Positions 24,301-35,841 of a stretch of DNA of 64,000 nt are shown one piece after another; positions within the stretch are counted from its first letter, which is position 1; the number at the start of each line of letters is the position of its first letter. Both the position numbers and the translations under genes were made by a program. The DNA is from Aplysia californica. Taxonomy: Eukaryota. Where the stretch lies: the NCBI RefSeq assembly GCF_000002075.1, contig NW_004797307.1:191236-255235 (forward strand). Direction: 5' to 3'. Below the pieces are notes generated by a model that searched no databases, was not told where the DNA came from, and saw only the letters and a list, made by a program, of their open reading frames with translations.

Positions 24301-27300
24301 TTGCTTCTTATTTGGCATAGATAAATTAAATGCATTTTTGTTACTGAACCTTTAATGGGTTAAAGGAGATTTAATTAGAACTGAAGTTTCTTTAGATGTA
24401 ATTGAAAAATCAGGAACTTTTCAGTTTTAAGTGGTAGAATTGAAGTAGCCTACCAAAGAAATCCATATGTTTGAGTAAAAAATTCAAATCTTATATTTGA
24501 TCATTCTTTTCAGACTTTGGAAAAACTGTTGAGAAGTAAAAACCCTGACGACTTACAAGCTGCAAACAGACTCATAAAGAACATGGTGAAAGAGGTAAAA
24601 GACCACTTAGAATAGTAAATTCAAGACTATTTAAACTAAAATGGAAAGAAAATGGACCTTGTAAAAGGTGACATGCACAGCTAAATCAATGTAGTAGACA
24701 CCGCTTGGCATTATGTTTTACATTATTTCTGACTTGTGCATGGTTTGGATCAGTGTGAAAGTTTTTACAAAGCAAATTTGACTACTAAGGAAACAGTAGT
24801 TTATATGAGAAATTTAAAGAATTTTGAAGATATGTTGAAGAATTGTTGTCGCAAGAGATGTTACAACTGAATTTTCGTTTAAAAGAAAGGATTTATTGAT
24901 GCAAACTGTTATATGGCCACATTTATTCACCATTTACTTAAAGGGAAACATTTGTGTGTATGTTGTTTTTTTGTTTGTTTTTTTAGAGCGACTTATAGAA
25001 TAGGTGGATATATGTAAATGACAAAAATAATCATTTGTTCTGCATTACTGACTATTATTTTTTTGCATCCAATCTTTCTCTTTGAATACAGGATATGGAA
25101 AAGACAGAGAAAAGATCTCGCAGAATAAATGAACTGGAGTCTGTCAGAAATCAAGTTAAGCTGTTGACAGAAATGATAAGTCACTTTTCAGCTGCATCAT
25201 CATCAAAGGAAGATATGGAGATGATGAAGGTATATAGAGTATCTTTATTTGCTCTGTATTTGAGAGTGGATAGTGTATGTAAAAGTGTAGTACACACCTC
25301 ATTACATTATGCTAAGTGATCTCGTTTTGCAGGCATAAAGAATTTTTTGGTAATGCGATTTCACCCTTTATGAGTTTCTGAGTAATTTAGTTTGATTGTT
25401 TTCATATACTATCCTAAATAGTCAGTTCTTTTTTTTTGGTAAAGTCACAGTGCCATCAATTGAGATTTTTATATTCTTTCAGAAATAAACAACCCAAAAG
25501 AAAGGCTCTTGAAAAAAGAAACCCAACTATATCGGTTTGAATAATTGTCTTTATTGTTTGACAGTAAAGTTCGGTTTGTCTTTTTTTAACAGGAACTCTT
25601 TGAGAATCTTGAGAAACAAAGGCCAAGTTTGATCAGACTAGCCAGTGACACTGATGAAAACGACAATGATGGAATAAGTAAACACATTTCCTTTATTCAT
25701 TTCAACAAATAGAGATATGTTGTTGACCTGTCTGAGATGTCGTTCTCAAAACATTCTTTCTTGATTCTTTTTCTGTTAATGGACTCCTAAGGTGGTTATT
25801 GTTGAGTTATGGTGTTCTGTGAGGAAGCATGATATCAATAGCTACATTTGCGAGATGACTTCTATGCTGTGAAAATTGGCCTGATGATGTGGTCAGATTA
25901 GTGCTTGTCAACATTTGTACAACTTATAACCAGCGCCCACTTAAACAGGCTAAAATTTTCATATCGCCCACCTACGTGCATTTCCAAGCAGGGCGTAGAA
26001 TAACAGTTGTCACTACAGGGATGATCCCCACGACTCACCAGAACACCTATTTGAGTGTATTTCTGCATAGGTATGCAGGCAGTAGGTTAGATGATTTAAC
26101 CTGAGAAGCGCTCAGCGTTTCACCAGAAGTAACCCTCCCGAAATGCCCGCCGCCACGGCCGATTGGTTGTAAACACAGGGGTTTAGCAGGAGGGGATATC
26201 AGCTGAGACATCAGAGATGTTTACCTGCAACTGAAAAATGACCATTTACGGCTCAACAAATGATAAGAGACATATAAAACCATATCTTTTCTTGAAGCTG
26301 ATTGAATGAGCCATTAAAAAATGTTAAGCGATCAAACAAGTACAAAAAGGCGCAAAATGTGATGAACTCAACTATTAGTACATTAGCACGGTGAAACAAG
26401 TGATAACACATAGCATGTAGTCACACAGCTGGACCACGTTACTTTATCGGTTGATATCTGGGCTAAGACATGCTCTACAAGGTCAAGATAACTTGGAAGT
26501 CATTGGTCACTATTTATGACTTTGACCTGCAATTTACTACGTCGTTTTCCATTTAGAGAATACAAAAAGGTCAGCCTCTATACCCTTTATATAGGGCCTG
26601 CGCGCTTCCTGGTCGAAGTAGGTCGGTCCTATATAGGGCCTGCATGCTTCCAGGGTTAATATTGTAATGCCAGGCTAGTTGTGAGAGATGGAAGTAGTTT
26701 TGTTATTGCTAGACAAACTTTCAGATCTGTGTGTGTGTTGCAGTACATTCCCTCTCACATTGTGAAAGCTTGTGCAGATTTTTTGTGTTTGAAACCGTCT
26801 GAAGCTCAAATCATGTGGGTAAATTGACAAAAATGCTGTTTGTACTGTAGCAATTGCTTGAATTACTATTTTTTTCACAATTCTAGAGGCGAAGTTGCAG
26901 TTACTGTCTTGACATCATTTCTGAAGTTATGGCCCTTATATAAGACTTAGATATTTTTCCAATACTGAAAAGATTTTTTGAAAATGTAAACTGCTAGCTC
27001 AAGCTTTTGTGGTACATTACCATAGTTATGTCAATGTGCCTTTCTCCCTGACAGACGACATTCTTGAAGCAAACGACTCTGTCACTCGAGTGATGACCAT
27101 GTACAAACAGACTGTCGAGGGGGTGGCTCCTGCTGGAGATTACTCGGCTGGTGCTAAAGGTGAGAGTTCATGATTGTAGCTTGCTCTAATTGTAGCTTTC
27201 ATGTGCAAGCGGAAAATGCGGATAGGTTTTAGGTCTAAGCAGCTCTTATGGTACTTTTTTCCAATATGTAATTTACGTTTTACTATTTTGAAAAAGGGGA

Positions 27301-30300
27301 GTGGGGAAATGATATGCTTTATTCCTCAACAGTTTTTAGTAGGTTGAAAGGATGACGGTTAGGAAAGGACCTGCATGAAGGTCAGTTTTGGTAGGTTACC
27401 ATGTTGCTTAGTACTCATGTCTGCTGGTATGGTCAAACATTTATTATATCCTGTGTTTTGTTATTAAGTTATGGGGCTGCATGGCTAAACACACTTTATG
27501 TATTCACTACAAAACTGAAGAAAATGGGGGGAAAAATTATTCTCTGAGAATTATAGTGTGAACAAAATAAAATGCAATTTTATCACACTAAATATCAAGG
27601 GATACAGTGCATATTGTGAAGAAAAAAACATTCTCAGAACAATTCTTATCTTAAGATTACAGAGTGAAAGCGGTGGTTTTCTGGGAGTGCCAAATTTGGC
27701 ACGTATTATGGTTTGCTGTGGAACATTTCATGTATTACTTTTAAAGGTAATCGGCATCTGAGTCACCATTATTGTTGTCTGAAGTATTCCTCAAACTTTC
27801 GAGTGAAAAATGGCGTAAAATGTCTACAACTTGTTCTGTTACAGATTCATCATTACTTGATCTTGGGCTGGACTCTGGTGCTAACAGAGCTGTGGGCAAT
27901 ACAGCGGGCAACACACCTGCAGCCGCATCCTCATCAGCTGCTCTCTTGGAAAATGATTTTAAGAGTCTAGGTATGTGGAGTCAAGTGTTCTCTTGGAAAA
28001 TGATTTTAAGAGTCTGAGTATGTGAAGTCAAATGCTGTCTTGGAAAATGATTTTAAAAGTCTGGATATGCAGAGTCAAATGCTCTCTTGGAAAATGATTT
28101 TAACAGTCTGAGTTTGTAAAATCAAATGACACGACACACACGCTCATATGACCTTATGCAGTTGCAAGTGCTGTAAAATTTTAATCAAAACGAAAAGTGT
28201 CAAATGCTCTAAATGTGGCAAACTTTTCTCTGCCCAAATTGGTCTCATTGGTCGCAGGAGCCGCAACTCATCTTAACCCCTTGCTCTTCTAATTCTCTTT
28301 AAGAGACGTTTTCTTTAAGAGATGTTCTCCTGTGCTGATACATTAATCATAGTCAGACACAATTGGACCAACTATTATTATTATGTGGAGTCATTTGGCA
28401 ACCATTGTCTGTTCTGTAATACTTTTAGTTAGTTAGGACTTATATCACTCACCAGTTACTGATGTATTGCTCACACGTACTTTTTGGTGTTTATTCTGCC
28501 TGACTGTCCATGATAATGGCAAATTGATATCATTACCTCTCTGATGAGGTCCGAGGTGTCAATTTTCCAGATAAATCAGGAAATCCAGATTTCTGAAATT
28601 GTTGAGATTTTGTTTGATATTCCAGTTTATACATGCATATTTATTTATACAGTCGAACCTGCTCTATCCGCCACCTTAATGAGACAAGTGCAGAATGGGC
28701 AACTTCCCATTTCCTTTCTTGCATATGTCTAAGGTGGCCACTTTTCTCCTCGACAATGGGTGGCTGTCTCTTATTATATACTTTCAACCGTATTTTAATT
28801 TTTAGTCTCTTTTTACATGTCATTTTGAACTTTATAAAAACCCCGTCATGATACAAAAGGCATTAGACAATCCGGTCAGTAAACCTAGAGTCCTTTCGTG
28901 CACATTTCCATGGCGTCTGAAAATTACAGGAGTTTCTTTATAGCCAGTTGGCACCTCTGTGTTGTAAAGAAAGATAATAAATAGAAATTATATTGTCTCT
29001 GCTTCAAAATTTATAGCAATAGAACTTCATGTTCCACTCCAGTGTCAGTATATGTTGCAAATGATTACAAGATTCAAACCTTCTCTCACAGAACTGTGGG
29101 TATTTGTGTGTGTCTGTGGAAGTTTTGAGCTGGACATTTGAAAATCAATTTCGCTATCCTCTCTTTCTCTCTTCTCATTTGTTTATGCCTGAATTACTTT
29201 TTGATGTTTTAATTGGGTTAGGTCACATGTGCATCTTGATTCTGGCTTGATCTCTTTGTGGTAAAATTAGTTTACCTTCAGCAAACCTTCCATTAAAAAA
29301 AAAATGTAGCTTATGTTTAAAATAAAGTGTCTGCGGCCATAGAATTTGTAAAGCATAATTGGTTTGGCAGTAATGGCACTGACGTCTGATATTTCTTTTA
29401 AATGTGCTTTTCACGGGTTGATTACCCTTTTGTTGTCTGAGTTTTATTGTCAAGAAATTGTTTGCTACATTAGAATGCTTCTCATGCAAATTTTGAGGGT
29501 TTCGAAAATGTGTTATACGAATACTTCTTTTCCAGGTCTTGGTGACATGAATGAGCTTGGATCAATATTTAACAGCGCTCCAGGAACACAAAGTCAGCAG
29601 CAACAACAACAGGTGACCTACGGGAATTTTGTTCACGGCCATCTGTATTTGATGTTGGTTACTCACACTTGAGTTATTTTGTCTTGGATGTGTCTCTCAC
29701 TTTAATCTTTAAGCTCCCTGAAGTCTAAACTATTTTTAGCTCAACTACCATTGCATCCTAACAGTTTTTGAGTATGTTGAATAGATTAGTATCCTGAACC
29801 TACTCTTAACATGTTGATATTCGGACAGTTTCTAGGGAAAAAATGAATCGGAACAAAGAATAGTAACAATGTACAGTGTACCATCTACAGAACTAACCCT
29901 CTCATAACCTTGTGTTGACAATAGCTAAAACATCACATGCACAAAGTTGTACTAATCAGAGGGCATCAATTTAGTGGGATTGGGCAAGGAAAAAGAAAAT
30001 GGGCATGTTAAATAGTTAACCACAAAATGACTGAAAGCTATCCGAGTTTTAAAAAAAAGGTAGCAAAGGAAAGAAAGAAAGAAATGCTCTCAAAGAAAAA
30101 GGTAACTGTGGGATTTTGAAAAAATGTTTGCATCCAATTATTATTACATAAAATAACTGAACCGTATGAAATAATCAACACCAAGTGTTCATATTACTTA
30201 TATTTGTCATAAAGCATTTTCTGAGCAGCACAGAAACTACACATACGGGACATACAAGCAGTTGATTATTACTGATTATGTTGAGTTTGGTGGCGGAGCA

Positions 30301-33300
30301 TAGAACAGAGTTCCAGTAAGAGTACATGTGTTTCACAGATGGTGCGACACCTGTTGCTTTAGCTCTCTGTCTGAAGTCCACACTGAGATACTAATGACCA
30401 ATGTCTTTTTCTCACCAATGTGTATTAATACAGCTGCAAGTAGTAAATTTACTGCTACCGTTCCCAGAACTAGAACTTCTAGATTTACTTACTATCATTT
30501 GGACTAATTTGGAAAAAGAAGAAAGAGACGGGTGCCTGTTGTGTAGCAGTTAGGTACTTCACTATCACACACAAGAGACCTAAGTTTGATTCCCAAGTGG
30601 GGAGAATTTTTATTGAGTATCTCGGTCTTCTATCAAGTTTTCCTAAAACAATGTGGTTGTGTTAGTGAGTGAGTTAATGCTACTGGTGATGAAATGAAGA
30701 AAACATCTTGAGGGTTTGTGTCAAAGAATAGGTCATCTTATTGTGCGGATGATTTTCTCCATATTATTTAAATACATTTTTCTGTCATTCGTTAAGAAAT
30801 ACCATTATAGAAATAACAATGAAAATATGCATGCTTAGAAAATTGTTCTAGCAATATTGCAGTCTGAAATAGCTGTGGTGTTGGAATGAAAAACCACAAA
30901 GACATGTTTTTGTGTTCAGTCTGAGTCGAAAATGTTAAGAAAGATCAGCTGTTGATTATTCCTTGTGCGCTGAAATGGTTTGTCATGTCTTGTGTCTTTC
31001 TTCCTTCTCCCCAGCAAGCCATGGCTTCTTCAGTGCCAGTGGCCCAGGCCCCAGGCTTTGGCATGCAAGCAACTCCTTACGGCTTTGGGCAACAAGGCTT
31101 TATGGGACTGGCCACTGCTCAGCCTCCCCAGGGGGCGTCGGCTGCGTTTCCTCAAGGTGGGATACATGTCAAATCTGTGAACATAATTAATTTGATCTTA
31201 AGTTGTACGAGCTATGAGCCTAGGTCTACATGCTCTGGTCTCTGAGCAAGAAACAGGACCGGTGTTGATCTATGCGAGCCATCTGTTTGACAGGAAGGAC
31301 ATTGTTGGTTTCCCTGACTTTAACCGTGACATAAGACAATAGAATTTTACTGTCTTATATTATGGAAATGGTTTACTAAATCTGAACGTAAGTGATCAAA
31401 GTCAAAACACAAAAGTTGACAGTTTGAATATGTGGATAGTTGGGCAGTGTTTGTATGCTGATATTTTGAGAATGGCTTTTTTTATAATGCACGCACATTC
31501 ACACTTGTATATAACTTGTTGGCTTATGTATTATTTAATGTTTTTCTATTTCAGGCCCACCTCCAGTGTATAGTGCTATCTCTCACAACGTTGGTCCCAC
31601 GTCGTCATCTTCAGCTGCCAGTGCCAATCCCCCCGCCAATCTGGTGAACTCAAATGGAGCCACGTGGACGGCAGCCACAGCGTCAGGAGGGAAAGAATCA
31701 TCAAACACAAATTCCAGCCTCGCTGATCTGGATATCTTAGATAAATCTCTTCAAGACTACAAGCTTAATAAAGAAACATTCCCCGTTAAGACGTGAGTGT
31801 GTCTATTTTGGACAATTTTTAATGAGTCGTGGTTCAGTTTCTGCTGTATTTGTTTGGTTGGGTGTGAGTATTTGAAAGTTAGGGTCAAGATGTTGCAAAA
31901 TAAGTAAATAAAATAAAAGTGCTTGGTTTATTCATTAAAAAAATAAAGTATATATGTGATATATATATATTATATTTTTATTTTTATCAAGTGTGAGTGA
32001 GTGAGTGTGTGTGTGTGCTTTGCTGCGCAGTCACAAATTCCCCCATTTTGAAAGGTAGATTATATTGTAGATGTCTGATTAATTATTAACTACATACAGT
32101 AATACAGTTCCTGTATAACTTGGTAACTTTTTTTCTTTCCTCAGGCCCCAAGTGAAAATGTCGCTCAATCAGATGGGCTCTGTTAAATCTTCGGAAGCAA
32201 CCTCATCAGGAACATCACCAGCATCTGCGTTTCAACCTCCGCCCTCATCTATCATGGTGGGACAAGTTCTACAACCCAACTCCCCAAGCGATGGCCTCCT
32301 CAAACCAACAGTCTCCTCGAATGGAGATTTCACAGCAATGGTGTCTGCTCCCCCTGAACCCAAGCTAGACCTACTGCCCCTCACCGATGTGTTTGTACCT
32401 CTAGAGAAAATTCAGCCAGGTGGGTCGTCTGAAATGTATCGCTGTGAAATATTAGTTGTTACTTTCTTCCTTGCGTTTGAGTAGAGGACATGCACATCCT
32501 TTAATCCCTTTGTTGTCTTATGATGAATCTGGTACATCACGAAAATACGTAATTTTTAGCTTTATGTCATAACCATGGGTGTTACAGAAGTTGGCAAAAT
32601 GTGCTGCTCCTGATTGCCTATATGACGTTACTTCTGTACTTAATGCTAATCACCTGGATATAATTCTTCTGTGTATGCAGATTTAGCCACAAGAAGTGCA
32701 TGGACTCATAATTGGTAGTTAAAAAATGCACAAATGGGTACAAAATTTGCTAGTGTTACTTTACTGCTAGATTTGCAAGTGATTGATTATAACAAATGGG
32801 TACAAAATTTGCCAGTATTACTTTACTGCTAAATTTGCAAGTGATCGATTATCACAAGTTTAGTCTCCCAAAACGTAAGCATTAAAATGACTTTTTTAAA
32901 AAGCAGAAAATCTACTTTTTTATTTAGATTTGCTACTTTTTCGGGAGTATGAGTAAGATGAAGAATATAGGGAACTGGGGAAGTCCAGAAAGTGACATGA
33001 TTGAAGACTCGGGGTCTGAAAATTGTCACGAGTGAGCTGGATCTAGGACACAAGTCTTTTACACTGAGACATGAGACTGCCATCCTGGCTAACAAGCGAT
33101 GCTGAAAATGGGTGCTAACAGTAGGAAAGCACATCCCCTAGCAATGAAAAGGTCCTGCCCCTTGGACAGTTTAAACAAAATTTTACTACAATACTGCTTT
33201 TGACTTATGTAAAACCCCCCCAAATAGACCCACCTCTTCGTGGTGGGGGGGATGAGTACTCTTCGAATAGGAAAAGAAAAAGAGGAAGCTAACGGGTCAA

Positions 33301-35841
33301 GGAGTGACCTCGAAAAGAGACATATTACTTTACTATGTTTCTTATTCTTTCTATTTATTGTCTTTATTGTTTTACTTTATTACATTTATTAACTTTTCTT
33401 TTCTCCTCTCTCCATCGACAACCTTTCTTTGACCTGGAGTTGGGACGGGTATTGGTGGGGTGGAAAGCAGAGGTTCATTGTCAGCATTGTACTGGATGTG
33501 ACTTTACGTAGAGAATACCCAGCTACATACATGTATTAAGCATGCACTTATCGGAGAGCCCTATGACTGCGGAGAAGGTGCAGAGACCATTTGCGTCTTG
33601 CTTGTTGACAACATTTACCCTCTGGGATCTGCCATGCCTTCCCCTGCCCCCATCTCTTGGATGAGAGGACTTGGTTGCTCGGATAGGAGGGGGGGGGGGA
33701 ATCTAGCTTCCAATTGGTATTATTATTACTATTAGTATTATTATTATTATATTATAATTTTTGTATTTCAGCAACACACAGCAACTATGCTCTTAATAGC
33801 GTCTTTCTCTTCTTTATCTCCTCAAACAACTTCTCAATATAATACAACAGACACCAACATACCCATTCATTTTTCTTACAATCTCTCTGTGATGGAGTTG
33901 GGTTTTTGTTTGTGGCATTGCACCTACAGCCACTGCTTTATCTCCTACCCCGGGATGGTAGGAAAATCACAGAACCACCAGTTTTAGATGCTATTCACAA
34001 CGACTTATGTAAAAATTCTGTTGAAATCTTTTTCATTGAATTGATTATAATCAGTGCAAAATGTAATGTTTAAATTGTTTGTTTTTTTAATCTGGTTTGT
34101 TTTTCCAGCTCCAGGCATTCCGTCTGTGACTGCTTATGAAAAGAATGGCTTGAAAGTGGTGGTACATTTTGGCAAGGATCGCCCCAGGCCTGATGTGTTG
34201 ACCATGGTCGTCTCAAGCCTGTCGACAAGTTCAAGTCCCATCACGGGATTCATTTTCCAAGCTGCTGTTCCAAAGGTAAGCGCTTGTGCAGAGACGGCAG
34301 AGTATATTTGTGTGGTGTGCAAAACGGTAAATGTTCTGGTTTTTTGGACAGGCTGTTTTAATCTAATGGTGTTCTTAGAAAGTTAAAGATAATATTTGTA
34401 GAGATTAAAGCTGTGAGGCTGGACTGGCCACTCTGGTGTGTCATATCTGACAGGCAGTGTCTACCTGTACATTTTTGTTTCAAGAGCCAAAAGAGGAAAT
34501 GAATGGTGGTAGGTTTACTGCAATAAAATTGACCCATTTTTACACCAGTTATAAATTCTGTTAGATCGTGCAGAAGTTGACACAGAGCATTTTGTTTTAA
34601 TTTTCATTAACTAGAAATAATTTTAGTTGATGTGTTTCTGGAGCACAAACACATTTTTTTTTACACTGTTAATTCTTTTGTAAAGAAAAAACAAAGCATA
34701 CACAGAGTTATTTAGCTATGTCGTGTTTTCATAACTCTATTTAGCGATTTAGAGATGTGAAATGATTGTTAAAAGCTATTTCATTGAACTCGTGTCCTGT
34801 TTCAGACAATGAAAGTGAAGTTACAGCCTCCATCCGCATCAGACTTTCCTGCACACAACCCGATCCTTCCTCCCACGGCTATAACGCAGGTCATGTTAGT
34901 GGCAAACCCGAAAAAGGTGAGATTCTGTCAGAAGTGGAGAAGGATTTTCTATGTCAGTCACTGTGGAGATGTAGTGGTTTTATTGTGAGTCTACTTACTC
35001 AGCGCTCTGAGTGAAGAAAAGCACTTCGACACAGATAGTCATTTAGTCTTGGGTAATTGGAAACGAACAGACAAAAAAAAAGAGGGAAAGAGAAAAGATA
35101 AACTAACCTGTGATGACCTCTAACCACTCATAACTGCAGGAAGTAGTAGAAGAGTTGGGTAACTAGATAAGATGCAGTTTGGAGTTGTAGTAGTTTTAGG
35201 TGTGACTGCTTGGTTGTGGCTCAAATAAGAACAGTGGAGATGGCACAAAGATGAAGTGGTATTCATTTATATAATGAATAATATAACATTGAAAACTTGA
35301 ACAACTTTTCATGCCCATTTTTTTTCTCTATTCACTCCTATAAATCATATACTGTAATAATGAAACTCATTGTTAGGAACTTCAGTGATAGGAAGGATGA
35401 ACACCCTTTCCATGCTGGGCAGTTGATTTTGGTGGGGGTTTTTAAAAAATGGTTACGTATATAATATTTGGGTCAAATTAAGCAAATAAACAGAAAGCAA
35501 TATGTTAAAACTGTTGAACTAATCTTTTTGTAATTTTTTCACCATATTTCTGGATAATTTCTCCTACAGTATTTGCAGCAACAAAATAGATAACTCAGAA
35601 CTTCAACCGAATCAATCCAAGATCACAGGCTCAAAGGCTATGTAAGAATAATGTATCTTCTTTACCTGTTGAGTAATGCATAACTCCTTGGTCTAGTTTT
35701 AATATAAGTTGACTTATTCTCATTTTGTTTTGTAATTTCTTTGTACAGGAGAAAGTTCGCTTGAAGTACAAGTTATCATACACAGCTGATGGGAAGCAGG
35801 TTTCAGATGTTGGTGATATTGATGGCATTCCTGTTCAATGA
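13288..35841 (+). CDS. GGA: ADP-ribosylation factor-binding protein GGA (GGA1/GGA3-like; VHS-GAT-hinge-GAE), 17 coding exons, 719 aa
   Basis: Manually spliced exons, all GT-AG and phase-consistent: 13288-13324, 17308-17468, 18566-18664, 22199-22357, 23320-23385, 24514-24594, 25092-25229, 25593-25677, 27055-27159, 27845-27970, 29536-29612, 31015-31156, 31555-31792, 32145-32419, 34109-34275, 34806-34916, 35749-35841 (2160 nt incl. TGA). VHS: NRATDPSMKEEDW..LIAHKIQSPQEKEAL..LEACVNECG..FHQEIGKFRFLNEIIKVVSPKYLG. GAT: FEDDEKAK.LEKLLRSKNPDDLQAANRLIKNMVKED..RPSLIRLASDT..ILEAND. GAE: VFVPLEKIQP..FQAAVPKTMKVKLQPPS..ITQVMLVANP.KEKVRLKYKLSY. Confidence 0.95.
13702..13783. repeat. (GATCTA)n self-complementary microsatellite in GGA intron 1
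   Basis: ATCTAGATCTAGATCTAGATCTAG.. with minor variants, seen directly. Confidence 0.9.
15141..15618. mobile_element. MITE-like element with ~70-bp imperfect inverted ends enclosing (CA)n
   Basis: CTGCCATCGATTTTTGTCGTCTTCCGGGGTTTCCC (~15175-15210) is the near reverse complement of GGGAAGCCCCAGAAGACGACAAAAATAGATGGCGG (~15555-15589). Confidence 0.6.
18960..20322 (+). mobile_element. 5'-truncated L2/CR1-group LINE (RT ORF to 20103) in GGA intron 3
   Basis: LLDLSAAFDTIDH, GIPQGSVLGP, YADNTQLY, SRIDYCNSLL, LHWLPV, RSFSYFAPLVWNRLP. L2-type 3' end AAGTGCATAGAGC..ATGCGCTATATAAAT plus (TTA)n. Confidence 0.92.
20361..22018 (+). mobile_element. 5'-truncated LINE with RT and RNase H (I/Ingi-group-like) in GGA intron 3
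   Basis: GLPQGSPLSPVLFNVYT, SFADD, LKYLGIVLDRSLSF. RNase H motifs IYTDGS, SSMRMEIEAI, ITDS, WIFCPGHAGVRGNEKADRLA. Frameshift near 21745 and an (ACAAGA)n-like tail at ~21998-22018. Confidence 0.88.
22600..22781. mobile_element. Tc1/mariner-type MITE
   Basis: TAGTCGAACC...TTTCGACTG|TA ends. Related CAGTCGAA-starting copies lie at ~16969 and ~28650. Confidence 0.55.
22985..23160 (+). mobile_element. tRNA-derived SINE (family B)
   Basis: GGAGACCTGAGTTCG..GGGAGAATTTT..CCTCCTAAATGATCTAAATT..ACACCTACATT. Other copies at 30535-30640, 39125-39205 and 63025-63260. Confidence 0.6.
26100..26655. mobile_element. Non-autonomous piggyBac-like element in GGA intron 8
   Basis: TTAA|CCTGAGAAGCG...GCATGCTTCCAGGG|TTAA. 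The subterminal ATATAGGGCCTGC..GCTTCC is repeated twice. Confidence 0.55.
27940..28127 (+). repeat. 4 x 47-bp tandem repeat spanning the GGA exon 10 donor
   Basis: Units start at 27940, 27987, 28034 and 28081 (GCTCTCTTGGAAAATGATTTTAAGAGTCT..GTCAAAT). Confidence 0.93.
32730..32853 (+). repeat. 2 x 62-bp tandem duplication
   Basis: ACAAATGGGTACAAAATTTGC..GCAAGTGAT.GATTAT occurs twice. Confidence 0.85.
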
